From assembly GCA_001303415.1 (NCBI GenBank), contig LJTN01000029.1:1156-65155 (forward strand): DNA of 64,000 bases, given 5' to 3'. Positions 9,310-17,867 of this stretch are shown piece after piece; within the stretch, counting starts at the first letter, position 1; each line of letters starts with the position of its first letter. The translations under genes were made by a program, and so were the position numbers. The stretch comes from Myxococcales bacterium SG8_38. Lineage in GTDB: Bacteria > Myxococcota_A > Polyangia > Polyangiales > Houyiibacteriaceae. Under the pieces are notes generated by a model, which was given only the letters and a program-made list of their open reading frames with translations, made no database searches and was not told the DNA's origin.

Positions 9310-10209
9310 GTGAGGCGAGCCGCTGCGCTTTTCTTGATGAGCGGGTTGGCGGTTGCCGGCTGCGCCCGCGACTCGAGCGATTCGGGCTCGGGTCCGTCGG
9401 AGACGGGCTCGCGCAACGACGTGGTCGCTCGAGTCGACGGCCGCGTGATCAGCGCATCGGAGGTGGCGGCCCGAATGAAGGCCGACGGTGTCAGCGCCGA
9501 GGAGGCCCTCGACACGATGATCGACGAGGTGCTCCTGGTCGCCGAGGCAAGGCGTCTCGAACTGAGCGAGACCGAGGAAGACGAACGCGCCATCGATCGG
9601 CTCATGGTCCGGTCTTTGCTTCGGGACATCGAACGGGAGATCACCCCCGAATCGATCAGCAAGCAAGAGGTCCGCCGAGACTTCGAGAGTCACGCCGAGA
9701 AGCTGCAGTCCCCGGAGCGAAGACGGTCGTGGCACATCGTGGTCAAGGACCGGAGCGAGGCCGGCAAGGCTTTGGCGCAGTCGATCTTGAAGAGGGTCCG
9801 CCGGGCGGATGACCCACGGGTGGTGTATGAGCGCTACGCCGACAGCGGCGACGACGACGCTGCGATCGAGGTCGAGGCCGAAGAGCTTCCGGCCATCACG
9901 ATGAAGGCCAGGATCGAGCGGCCCTACAAGGAGGCTCTTTTTTCCGCCGAGTCGCCCGGCCTGCTGAATCGGTTGGTCGAGACGTCCCATGGCTGGCACA
10001 TCGTCTTCCTGCAGGAAATCGTGCCTGCCGAACGGCGAACGATCGACGAGGTAGAGGACGAGATTCGCGAACGCCTCAGCCAGAAGAAGCGGTTCGAGAG
10101 CGTCGTCGCCATCATCGACAGGCTACGGGCGGAAGGCTTGGTGAGCTACGACGACGAGGGGGTCGAGCGTCTCTTGTCGATGCGCGGGTTACCGGAGCGA
10201 GCGGAGTGA
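9310..10209 (+). CDS. PpiC/parvulin-type peptidyl-prolyl isomerase-like lipoprotein (PrsA/SurA-like)
   Basis: Lipobox LAVAGC. The N-terminal chaperone-like region (IDEVLLVAEARR) and two WHIV segments (RRSWHIVVKD, SHGWHIVFLQEI) are typical of parvulin domains. The domain is divergent. Confidence 0.6.
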   Translation: MRRAAALFLMSGLAVAGCARDSSDSGSGPSETGSRNDVVARVDGRVISASEVAARMKADGVSAEEALDTMIDEVLLVAEARRLELSETEEDERAIDRLMVRSLLRDIEREITPESISKQEVRRDFESHAEKLQSPERRRSWHIVVKDRSEAGKALAQSILKRVRRADDPRVVYERYADSGDDDAAIEVEAEELPAITMKARIERPYKEALFSAESPGLLNRLVETSHGWHIVFLQEIVPAERRTIDEVEDEIRERLSQKKRFESVVAIIDRLRAEGLVSYDDEGVERLLSMRGLPERAE

Positions 10210-11270
10210 GCCACCCCACGGTTTGGGGCGGACGGCTCCCATCCGTTACCATGATCGGTTGGATGCGGAACCGGATCGGCGAACGGATCGGAGCATGGGT
10301 AGCGACTGCCCACCTGGCAGACGGTGCGATGAGCTCGGTCTACGAAGCACGCCACTTCCAAACACGCGCTCTGGTCGCGATCAAGGTCCTCGGGCACGGC
10401 GCAGCACGCGATCCCGTGGCCAGGGAGCGCTTCGTGCGCGAATACGAGACGGCCAAGTCCTTGCGAGACCCGCACATCGTCGAGGTGATCGATTTCGGCG
10501 AGACGGCTGACGGAGCGCCATTCATCGCGATGGAGCTTCTGGAAGGAGAAACGCTGGCCTCGCTCCTGCGGCGCGAAGGGCCCATATGTCCGGCGCGCAC
10601 CGTGCGGATCATCTGCCAGCTCGCGCTCGCGCTACGCCATGCTCACTCCGAAGGGGTCATTCATCGGGATCTCAAGCCGGGCAACGTGTTCGTGTGCGAG
10701 ATGAGCGGGGAGGAGCACATCCGCGTACTCGACTTTGGATCGGTTAAGCTCCAGCTGTCCATCGGTCCAAAGCTCACCGCCTTCGGCACGACGCTGGGCT
10801 CCCCCTGCTACATGTCGCCGGAGCAAGCGCTGGGGCGGCTCGACGTGGATCCTCGAAGCGACGTCTTCTCGTTGGCGGCAATCCTCTACGAGGTCGCCAC
10901 GGGCGAAATGGCGTTCGCTGGAGGTACGGTTGGCGAGGTCTTGGCCAAGATCATCGAAACCGAGCCCACGGCGCTGAGCGATTTGAACCCGGACTACCCC
11001 TGGCGGCTGGACGACGTGGTCCGAAGGGGGCTTCGCAAAGACAAGTCGGTACGATTCGCAAGCGCCATCGAGCTCGCCGAGGCGATGCTTCGGGCCCTGG
11101 GGCTCCCCGCGGAAGTCGAGCGCTGGGCGCACGGACCGCTCGACGACATCGAGCGCTTGCTGCCTCTCTCGCGCTTCAGTGCAGAGCCACCAGGAGGTCC
11201 CCCCGGACTTCGTAGAGCTGCGGCGGGTGAGCGGGGTCTCGGTCGGCCGACAACGATCCCACCGAAGTGA
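10206..11270 (+). CDS. Ser/Thr protein kinase (kinase domain only)
   Basis: VAIKVL, catalytic loop HRDLKPGNVF, DFG, and SPCYMSPEQ. The GTG start overlaps the upstream stop (GTGA). Confidence 0.85.
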   Translation: MSHPTVWGGRLPSVTMIGWMRNRIGERIGAWVATAHLADGAMSSVYEARHFQTRALVAIKVLGHGAARDPVARERFVREYETAKSLRDPHIVEVIDFGETADGAPFIAMELLEGETLASLLRREGPICPARTVRIICQLALALRHAHSEGVIHRDLKPGNVFVCEMSGEEHIRVLDFGSVKLQLSIGPKLTAFGTTLGSPCYMSPEQALGRLDVDPRSDVFSLAAILYEVATGEMAFAGGTVGEVLAKIIETEPTALSDLNPDYPWRLDDVVRRGLRKDKSVRFASAIELAEAMLRALGLPAEVERWAHGPLDDIERLLPLSRFSAEPPGGPPGLRRAAAGERGLGRPTTIPPK

Positions 11271-13005
11271 CCGAGGTAACGCCCACGCCGGTTTTCAAGG
11301 CGTCGGTGAGCGCCTCGCGCGTCTGGTATCCCTGCCGCAAGGCCCCGGAGATCATGCGGTAGGCGTCGTATCCGTAGGCGGCGAAGGTCGCCGGCGGCTG
11401 GCCGTAGCGCGTTTCGTAGGCCGTTCGAAAATGCTGGTTGATGGTTGAATCCGAGCCCTCGTAGAAAGGAAGTGCGATCAATGCGCCTTGAAGATAGCGC
11501 TGCGCCCGCCGAAGGAGGTTGGGCGCCCAGCTCGGACTGGGAAGCAGGAAGTGCACCTCCCGCTCGGCGTGGTCCGGGAGCGTGCCTTCGCCGATGCTCC
11601 AGGCGCCCTCCGCTGCGAAGGTCGGCGCGATCAGCGCAACATGCTCGCCGACATCGGCCAGCAGCACCGTGTTGCAGTCGGTCTCGAGCACGGTGCGGAC
11701 GTACTCGACGAACGACTTGGTTCCAGGGGGATAGGCCACGCCGTCGCAATAGACGCCTCCGGCTGCGGCGACTTCTTGGTCGAACAAACGCTCCATCGTT
11801 CGACCGTAGCCGTGGTCGGGGTACAAGATGACGAATCGAGACGAGCCACGCTTGCGGGCGGCTCGCACCAGCGCTTCGAGCTCGTCACGCGGGCTGTAGA
11901 GAAAACGAAACACCCTTTCTCCGGCGCCGGAGACGTCTTCGGAAGCCGAGAAGCTGATGAGGGGCACGCCGGCACGGCGCGTCACTTCCGCTGCAGCTTC
12001 GGTGGTTCGGCTTCCGACCGGACCGAGGACCGCGATGACCCGCTGGTCGCCGATCAGCGATTCCACTGCGGACGACGTCTTGGAAGGGCTGTCGCCCGTA
12101 TCTCGCACGACGAGCTCAGGCCCCCCCTCGTCGAGCTGCGCAAGCTGCATGCCTTGAAGCAGCTGGCGCCCGACCTCCTGCCCGCGGCCGCTCAACGGAA
12201 GCAAGGCCCCGAGCACATACGGATTCCCGTAGAGGAACTCATCGGCGCGCGCGACGAGCATGGCAACCTCCGGGTCGTCGAGAAAGCCGCTACCACGCAG
12301 GGCATCCGCCGTCGTCGTAATCAGGTCGGCGTCCTGTGTCTCGAGCGCATGCTGCAGCAGGCGCATCGATATCGCGACGTGGGGCAGGGCGCCCGTGCGA
12401 AGCTCGCCGAAAAGCGCAGCCGCCTCCTCGATGGTGACCTTTTGCGCCAGAAGCTCGATCGCAGCATCCAGGCGTTCGGGGTCCGGAGGCGCTGCGCCAC
12501 GGGCGATGAGGGCATCCACGACGCGGAGCCCGAGGCTCCCATCGATCGTCTGCTCCGATGCGATCACCGCAGTATCCCAAAGGAGCGCCTGCTCCTCGTC
12601 GGAGAAACGCTCCGCGGCAAGGGGCTCGATGCCTTGGAGCGCCCGCTCCGGATCTCCGAGCTTCAATCGGCACATCGCAAGGTGAAGCGAGGCGTGCAGC
12701 GCGATGGCCCGGTCGTCGCTGTCCTGTGCTTGCTCGAGGTGCGGAACGCCGCTCTGACAGCGGCCGAGGTCGGCCTGCAGCACGCCGAGCTCTAATCGAG
12801 CCAGATCTGCTTCCACGGTGCCCGGATGATTGATGATGAACGTCTCGTACGCGTTTTGAGCGGCGCGCGCGTCGCCTCGGGACGCAAGCTCCCGAGCCTG
12901 CGCAATTTCTGCCGGAGGTACTTTTTCGAGCGGGCTTTCGACCTTCTTCGGCGCGCAGCTGGTGAGCAGCATCAGCGCGGCGCACGACAATGCGCTTCGG
13001 GACAT
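11176..13005 (-). CDS. Lipoprotein with N-terminal TPR-like repeats and a C-terminal periplasmic-binding-protein (LivK/Peripla_BP_6-like) domain, an LpoA-like architecture
   Basis: I chose ATG 13005 (MSRSALSCAALMLLTSC, lipobox). Helical repeats (GDARAAQNAYETFI...). The C-terminal VIAVLGPVGSRTTEAAAEV..GVPLISFSA..RFVILYPDHGYGR is typical of type I periplasmic binding proteins. The 734-aa ORF extension overlaps rsmA. Confidence 0.7.
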   Translation of the reverse strand: MSRSALSCAALMLLTSCAPKKVESPLEKVPPAEIAQARELASRGDARAAQNAYETFIINHPGTVEADLARLELGVLQADLGRCQSGVPHLEQAQDSDDRAIALHASLHLAMCRLKLGDPERALQGIEPLAAERFSDEEQALLWDTAVIASEQTIDGSLGLRVVDALIARGAAPPDPERLDAAIELLAQKVTIEEAAALFGELRTGALPHVAISMRLLQHALETQDADLITTTADALRGSGFLDDPEVAMLVARADEFLYGNPYVLGALLPLSGRGQEVGRQLLQGMQLAQLDEGGPELVVRDTGDSPSKTSSAVESLIGDQRVIAVLGPVGSRTTEAAAEVTRRAGVPLISFSASEDVSGAGERVFRFLYSPRDELEALVRAARKRGSSRFVILYPDHGYGRTMERLFDQEVAAAGGVYCDGVAYPPGTKSFVEYVRTVLETDCNTVLLADVGEHVALIAPTFAAEGAWSIGEGTLPDHAEREVHFLLPSPSWAPNLLRRAQRYLQGALIALPFYEGSDSTINQHFRTAYETRYGQPPATFAAYGYDAYRMISGALRQGYQTREALTDALKTGVGVTSVTSVGSLSADRDPAHPPQLYEVRGDLLVALH

Positions 13006-13054
13006 GCCGTCGCACGATACATGGCCCTCTCGCGGTCCGCCATGCGGCGTCCGA

Positions 13055-13897
13055 TCACCGCACGGCTTCCCACTGCGCGGCCAAGCGCGCGAATTCCTCG
13101 ATAGAAAGCGTTTCACCGCGTCGCGAGCCGTCGATCGCAGCGGCCTCGAGGGCCTGGGCGGCACGCTCTGAATCGCCCAGCGCGCGAAGGGCGTTGCGAA
13201 GCGTCTTGCGGCGCGTTTGAAACGCTGCGCGCACGACCGCCTGAAAAGCGGGCGTCTCTTCGGCGAGGGGCGTCGTGCGTGGGATGAGGCGCACCACGGC
13301 GCTTTCGACATCGGGAGGTGGATAGAACGCGCCGGGCCGCAGGCGGCACACCGTGTCGATGGTGAATCCGGCCCGCGCAAAGATGGTCAGCGCTCCGTAT
13401 TCCTTCGTGCCAGGTGACGCCACAAGACGGTCTCGAACCTCCCGCTGCACCATCAGCACCGCGCCCATGAGCACCTGCCGATGCGCGATAACCTGCCGGA
13501 GAATCGCTCCGGTCGACTGGTAAGGGAGATTGCCCGCAATCACGAGCTTCGAGCCGTAACGGGCTGAATATGCGGTGAAATCGAGCTCGGCCGCATCTGC
13601 TTGGACGATCTCCAGCTCTGGGCTGTCGCCGAGCTCTTCGCGCAGCACCCGAACCATGTCCCGATCGAGCTCGACCGCGAGCACGTGGCAGCCGCGCTCG
13701 ACGAGAGCATGTGTGAGCGTCCCAAGGCCTGCGCCGAGCTCGACCACGCGCTTCCCGAGGGCGGCTGCCGCGTCGGCAATTTGGGCGACTGCGGCCGGCT
13801 GGATCAGAAAATTCTGGGAGAACGATCGCTTCGGCGCCAGATCATATTTTCTAAGCAGATCTCGGGCATCGGGCGGAGGGTGCTGCCCCGGGGTCAC
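13055..13897 (-). CDS. rsmA: 16S rRNA (adenine1518/1519-N6)-dimethyltransferase
   Basis: FSQNFLIQPA, SAM motif VVELGAGLGTLTHAL, and NLPYQ. Confidence 0.9.
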   Translation of the reverse strand: MTPGQHPPPDARDLLRKYDLAPKRSFSQNFLIQPAAVAQIADAAAALGKRVVELGAGLGTLTHALVERGCHVLAVELDRDMVRVLREELGDSPELEIVQADAAELDFTAYSARYGSKLVIAGNLPYQSTGAILRQVIAHRQVLMGAVLMVQREVRDRLVASPGTKEYGALTIFARAGFTIDTVCRLRPGAFYPPPDVESAVVRLIPRTTPLAEETPAFQAVVRAAFQTRRKTLRNALRALGDSERAAQALEAAAIDGSRRGETLSIEEFARLAAQWEAVR

Positions 13898-13927
13898 GCG
13901 GGCAACTCGCTAGAATCATGAACTTTT

Positions 13928-13943
13928 TGGCACGGAACTGGCA
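13928..13943 (+). promoter_or_regulatory. Candidate sigma54 (-24/-12) promoter TGGCACGGAACTGGCA
   Basis: TGGCAC-N5-TGGC keeps the canonical GG-N10-GC spacing, with one mismatch (TGGC versus TTGC). It lies about 100 nt upstream of a small ORF and about 290 nt upstream of the sigma54 activator gene. Confidence 0.4.
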
Positions 13944-13970
13944 TGGGAAGATCGCATCATGTCACGGGGT

Positions 13971-13998
13971 TTGTCACCGGAGCACGCGTTATTATATT
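13971..13998 (+). promoter_or_regulatory. Candidate sigma70-type promoter TTGTCA-N16-TATATT
   Basis: Each hexamer matches 5/6 with a 16-nt spacer. It overlaps the second copy of a TGTCAC direct repeat (13960-13965 and 13972-13977). Confidence 0.35.
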
Positions 13999-14042
13999 GG
14001 TGGCGTGGGTCGTTTGACCTACGTTAAGGATTAGGGAACCAA

Positions 14043-14210
14043 ATGCTTCCAGGCTTCATCATCGAGCAAATCCGGCAACGGGAGGAAGAGGCAAAGCGCG
14101 AAGTTCCTCGGATTGAGCTTCCGCTGCCAATGCCGGAAGGCTCTCAAGCGCCCGAGCGCGAAGAAGAGCCGACGCGAGGCGTGGTGATCATCGACCTCCT
14201 AGCAGACTGA
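14043..14210 (+). CDS. Unannotated small ORF (55 aa), acidic and Pro-rich
   Basis: MLPGFIIEQIRQREEEAKREVPRIELPLPMPEGSQAPEREEEPTRGVVIIDLLAD. It is preceded by AAGGATTAGGGA. It falls below the ORF-track size cut-off. GC3 is about 64 percent by hand count, lower than neighbouring genes. Confidence 0.35.
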   Translation: MLPGFIIEQIRQREEEAKREVPRIELPLPMPEGSQAPEREEEPTRGVVIIDLLAD

Positions 14211-14230
14211 TGATCCGCTAGACTGCGGGT

Positions 14231-16618
14231 GTGTCAGTCCGTGCCTCCATGGGCCTGGATGAGCTGCTCACCGTGCTCCAAGAAGCACGAAGGACCGAAG
14301 CGGTTCAGGATCGAACGGCCCTGGAGGCGGACTTGGCCTGGTGCTGGATCGAGCGGGGCGAGCTCGGAAAGGCCATTAGTTTGCTCTCGGAGCCCGTCGC
14401 CGAGGGACACACGCTCGTCGCCCGACGGCTGACCCGCGCGGAGATCCAGGGGTACTTCGGGAACGAGGACGCCGCGCTGCAGCTGCTCGAGCGCGGCCCC
14501 AATCGGAGCGAATCCTCGGTCATGGTGCAAGCGCGTGTTGCTGCGGCGCGGGGCGACTGGGCTAGGGCTCGTGCGCTCGACATCGATGCGTTCGATGCGC
14601 CAGGAGCCAAGCGGCGGGCGGCGTTGTTGGCTGCGCGTGCGTGCGTGGAGCAGAAGCGATTCGACGAAGCTTCGGCGCTCCTCGCACGCGTGGAGCCGCA
14701 CAGCGTGGCAGAGGGGCTCGAAGCGAGCTTGTTGGACGCTCACATCCGAAGGGTCGAGCTCCCGGCTGCGCTGGTCCGCATTGCAGAGCGTGCGCGCTCA
14801 GCCGGAGCTGCTCGCATCGAAGCGGATGCATGGGCCGATCTCGCGCTATTGCATCGATCGCACGAGCAACCGGAGGAGATGCGCAAGGCCGCGGTGCGCG
14901 CAGTCGAGCTCTGGGATGACATGGTGACCTCGCTTCCGGCACCCTTGCGGGCCGGTTTTTGGCGGGACGTGAGACGCGCCGCCGTACGGACCGCATCGAA
15001 GCGGCCCAAGCCCGACGTCGCCTCGCCAGCCATGAACGGTCTCGAAAGCTTACTTTCTAATCTTCGACGGCTTGCGGCCGAACGTGACCCCGCCAAGCTT
15101 CTCGCGGTCATCACCGACGGAGCGATCGAGCTCACCGGAGCTGAACGCGGCTTCGTGTTGCTCGTGGACGAGCACGGCACGCTCGAGGCTACGACGGTTC
15201 GCGGCGCCGAAACCCACCTCGGGAAGGAGACCGCAGCCTTCAGCCGATCCATCGCCGAAACGGTCCTGATCGATGGTGATCCGGTGGTGACGATTGACGC
15301 TGCGCGTGATGTCCGTGTCCAGGATTTCATGTCCGTTCACCACTTGATGCTCAAGTCGGTGGCTTGCCTTCCCATCGAGTCCCGCGGACGCACCTGGGGC
15401 GTGCTCTACCTAGAGCATCGAAGCGCGAGTGGCCGGTTCGCCGGCATCGATTTTTCGCTGCTTCGCGCGTACGCCGACCAGGCCGCAATTGCCATCGAAA
15501 CCTCGGAGCTCTTCGCGAGAATCGAGGCACAGAAGGGCGAGCTCAAAGAGGCAAATCGAGCGCTGCGCGAGGCAAATGCGCGGCTCGAGCAACGGCTTCG
15601 AGATCATGGCCCGGCAATCGACCCAGCTCCGCGCGTCGACCGCGCCCAAGGGCCGTCGTCTCGCGGCGAGCGTTGGGGGTTGGTCGGTGCGAGTGAAGGA
15701 ATGCGACGCGTGTATAAAATGCTTGAACGCGTCTCCGAAGCCGACGTGCCCGTCGTGATCATCGGTGAAAGCGGAACGGGAAAAGAGCTGGTCGCCCGCG
15801 CGATTCACCGCAACAGTCCACGTTCCGAGGCCCCGTACGTGTCCATGAGCTGTGGGGCGGTTCCCGAGGGGCTCCTCGAAAGCGAGTTGTTTGGACACGT
15901 GGCTGGCGCGTTCACGGGCGCCGCGCAGCCTCGCGACGGGGTCTTCGTTCAGGCTCACGGGGGCACGCTATTCATGGACGAGATCGCCGACATGCCAGCC
16001 CGGATGCAGCTCGACCTGCTGCGCGTGTTGCAGGAGCGGAGGGTTCGGCCGGTGGGCGGCTCCGAAGAAAGGCCCGTGGACGTGCGGCTGCTCACCGCAT
16101 CGAAGCGTCCGCTCCGGGAGCTCATCGAGGAAGGAACGCTTCGTGAAGACTTGTACTACCGGTTGGCGGTCGTCGAGATCCGACTCCCGCCGCTCCGGGA
16201 GCGACACTCCGACATTGCGCTGCTCTGCGATCATTTCCTTCGGCGCATCGCCGAGGATCGGAGCGAGCCGAAGAAGCGCCTGTCCCCGGATGCATATCGC
16301 CGCCTCTATGCTCACGACTTTCCAGGCAATGTTCGCGAGCTCGAGCATCTTCTGCTCAACGCTACGGTATTCGCCAAGGACGACGTCATCGAAGCGGACG
16401 AGCTCGCCATCGAGATCGGTCCCGCCTCGGCGACGTCCGCAGGCGATGTCGGCAGCTATCGCGACTACAAGCAAGGGGAGCGGGATCGAATCCTCGCCGC
16501 GCTCAACGCCAACGACTGGAACCGGGCCCGTGCGGCAAGGGCGCTCGGGATGGCGCGTCGCACCTTCTACCGACGGCTCAAGGAGCACGACATCGAACTA
16601 CCCAAGGGCAGCGGCTAG
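14231..16618 (+). CDS. Sigma54-dependent transcriptional activator (helical/TPR-like N-terminus, GAF, AAA+ sigma54-interaction domain, Fis-type HTH)
   Basis: Walker A GESGTGKELVARAIH, the sigma54-contact loop ESELFGHVAGAFTGA, LFMDEI, RVRPVGG, and RLAVVEIRLPPLRER. The C-terminal HTH is NWNRARAARALGMARRTFYRRL. A GAF-like segment (GFVLLVDEHGTLE...GVLYLEH) is present. Confidence 0.9.
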   Translation: MSVRASMGLDELLTVLQEARRTEAVQDRTALEADLAWCWIERGELGKAISLLSEPVAEGHTLVARRLTRAEIQGYFGNEDAALQLLERGPNRSESSVMVQARVAAARGDWARARALDIDAFDAPGAKRRAALLAARACVEQKRFDEASALLARVEPHSVAEGLEASLLDAHIRRVELPAALVRIAERARSAGAARIEADAWADLALLHRSHEQPEEMRKAAVRAVELWDDMVTSLPAPLRAGFWRDVRRAAVRTASKRPKPDVASPAMNGLESLLSNLRRLAAERDPAKLLAVITDGAIELTGAERGFVLLVDEHGTLEATTVRGAETHLGKETAAFSRSIAETVLIDGDPVVTIDAARDVRVQDFMSVHHLMLKSVACLPIESRGRTWGVLYLEHRSASGRFAGIDFSLLRAYADQAAIAIETSELFARIEAQKGELKEANRALREANARLEQRLRDHGPAIDPAPRVDRAQGPSSRGERWGLVGASEGMRRVYKMLERVSEADVPVVIIGESGTGKELVARAIHRNSPRSEAPYVSMSCGAVPEGLLESELFGHVAGAFTGAAQPRDGVFVQAHGGTLFMDEIADMPARMQLDLLRVLQERRVRPVGGSEERPVDVRLLTASKRPLRELIEEGTLREDLYYRLAVVEIRLPPLRERHSDIALLCDHFLRRIAEDRSEPKKRLSPDAYRRLYAHDFPGNVRELEHLLLNATVFAKDDVIEADELAIEIGPASATSAGDVGSYRDYKQGERDRILAALNANDWNRARAARALGMARRTFYRRLKEHDIELPKGSG

Positions 16619-16632
16619 ACCGAGGGGTCTAG
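16615..16632. terminator. Hairpin CTAGACC-GAGG-GGTCTAG containing the stop codons of both convergent genes
   Basis: A 7-bp perfect stem with a 4-nt loop and no U-tract. TAG of the activator is at 16616-16618 and the stop of the LysM gene is at 16629-16631. Confidence 0.3.
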
Positions 16633-17552
16633 AGCTCGGCCGGCGACACCGCCGAAGACACGCCCGCGTCGTACTTTTCGGGTGTCTCCCCTGGTGGAAG
16701 ATACAGCGGCGCCTCGCCTGGTCGTGACCAATCGACCCAGTACACCGCATCGTCCCGTACATCGACGTGCACGAAGCTGCCTCGCGGGTAGTACCCGACT
16801 CCGACCTTGGGAAGCGTGAGGCAGTAGTCGCGCAGTGTTTCGTTGGGAATTCCCTCGACGCGAATGTCGACGGCCCGTCCGCTTCCGTGGCGGCTCGATT
16901 CCCCAACATCCGAACGGAAGGCGCTCACCACGACGATCGTGCGGCCGTTGAAGTGATCCGCCAGGTAGGCGAGGAGACGCATGAGCCGACCGTGAGGACG
17001 CGTTTCCCCGTTCGTCTGGCGATCCCTCAGGAAGCGGGCGAGGCGGGCGCGTGCCTTTGGGTCCGGCTTTCCTGCTTCGTCGAAAAGGCGAACACGCAGG
17101 CTCTCTTGGCTCGCCGGCCGCTCGAGCGTCACTAGGCCATGGAGAATCGAGTTGCGCGCCTTGGTGGCTTTCGCGTCGTCGCTGTAACCCGGAAGCTCGA
17201 GGCGCTGGCCGACCCGCAGCGTAGCCTCGGGGCTCAGCCCGTTTGCTTTCGCCAGGGCCTTCACGCTGACGTTGTTCAGCTGTGCGAGCCCGATCAGGGT
17301 CTGCCCCGGGTACACGTAGATGACGCCCTTCGGCGGGATCCGAAGCACCTGACCCACGCGCAGGGTGGAGGTCTTCTTGAGCTGGTTTGCGGCGGCCAGA
17401 TTGGTTACGGAGACTCGATAGCGTTGGGCGATGGCACCGAGGGTCTGGCCCTCCTGCACCGTATGTTTCCGCTGCGCATGCGCCGGGGCATGCAGGAAAA
17501 AGACCAACAGGACCACCACGGTGGCCCGCCAAACCCCACTCGAGCTCATCAC
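16629..17552 (-). CDS. Secreted 2xLysM protein with a C-terminal DUF882/peptidase M15A-like (MepK-like) domain
   Basis: Signal peptide. Two LysM repeats (HTVQEGQTLGAIAQRY..., YVYPGQTLIGLAQLN...). The C-terminus VVSAFRS..SRHGSGRAVDIRVEGI..GVGYYPRGSFVHVDVRD matches the Zn-binding pattern of M15A/DUF882. Confidence 0.8.
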   Translation of the reverse strand: MMSSSGVWRATVVVLLVFFLHAPAHAQRKHTVQEGQTLGAIAQRYRVSVTNLAAANQLKKTSTLRVGQVLRIPPKGVIYVYPGQTLIGLAQLNNVSVKALAKANGLSPEATLRVGQRLELPGYSDDAKATKARNSILHGLVTLERPASQESLRVRLFDEAGKPDPKARARLARFLRDRQTNGETRPHGRLMRLLAYLADHFNGRTIVVVSAFRSDVGESSRHGSGRAVDIRVEGIPNETLRDYCLTLPKVGVGYYPRGSFVHVDVRDDAVYWVDWSRPGEAPLYLPPGETPEKYDAGVSSAVSPAEL

Positions 17553-17744
17553 GACCTGAACGGCTATTGTTGGCTAGTGTGGGAAGGGGGCAACTATCCG
17601 ACTGCCTCCATCGCTTTTTTTGCCTTCGGCGGCGACCGTTGCGACCATGAAAACCGACACCTTCGCTCGTTGACAATCGGTGGGTTCGCGCGTCGAGCAC
17701 AAGCAGTGCGCGACGATCGCGGATGTCTGCGTTCCGCTGACTAG

Positions 17745-17830
17745 GTTCATATAACTTATATATAATTATTGATTAATTTAGACCTGATTTTTTCTAAGTT
17801 GCTTGACCCTTAGGAGGTTCGGTCATAGCT
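17745..17830 (+). promoter_or_regulatory. AT-rich island with candidate promoter (TTGACC 17803-17808, TAGCTT-like -10 near 17826) upstream of the HTH gene and pilMNOPQ
   Basis: GTTCATATAACTTATATATAATTATTGATTAATTTAGACCTGATTTTTTCTAAG is about 80 percent A+T in an otherwise GC-rich window. It lies in the 300-nt divergent gap. Confidence 0.4.
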
Positions 17831-17834
17831 TTGA

Positions 17835-17851
17835 GGAGACCCAGGGTCTCC
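17835..17851. promoter_or_regulatory. Perfect 17-nt palindrome GGAGACCC-A-GGGTCTCC (candidate operator or 5' hairpin)
   Basis: 8+1+8 perfect dyad read directly from the sequence, immediately before the HTH gene. Confidence 0.4.
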
Positions 17852-17867
17852 TTTGGCGAGCCGATTC

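Noticed and set aside
11488-12795. 435-aa plus-strand ORF opposite the LpoA-like lipoprotein gene.
   Set aside because: The minus-strand frame has a lipobox and periplasmic-binding-protein motifs. The plus frame is Arg/Gly-rich nonsense.
17553-17744. Possible small genes or RNAs in the GC-rich part of the 300-nt gap upstream of the LysM/M15A gene.
   Set aside because: I saw no ORF with a start, an RBS and coding bias, and no recognisable RNA motif. It is probably just the divergent promoter region.
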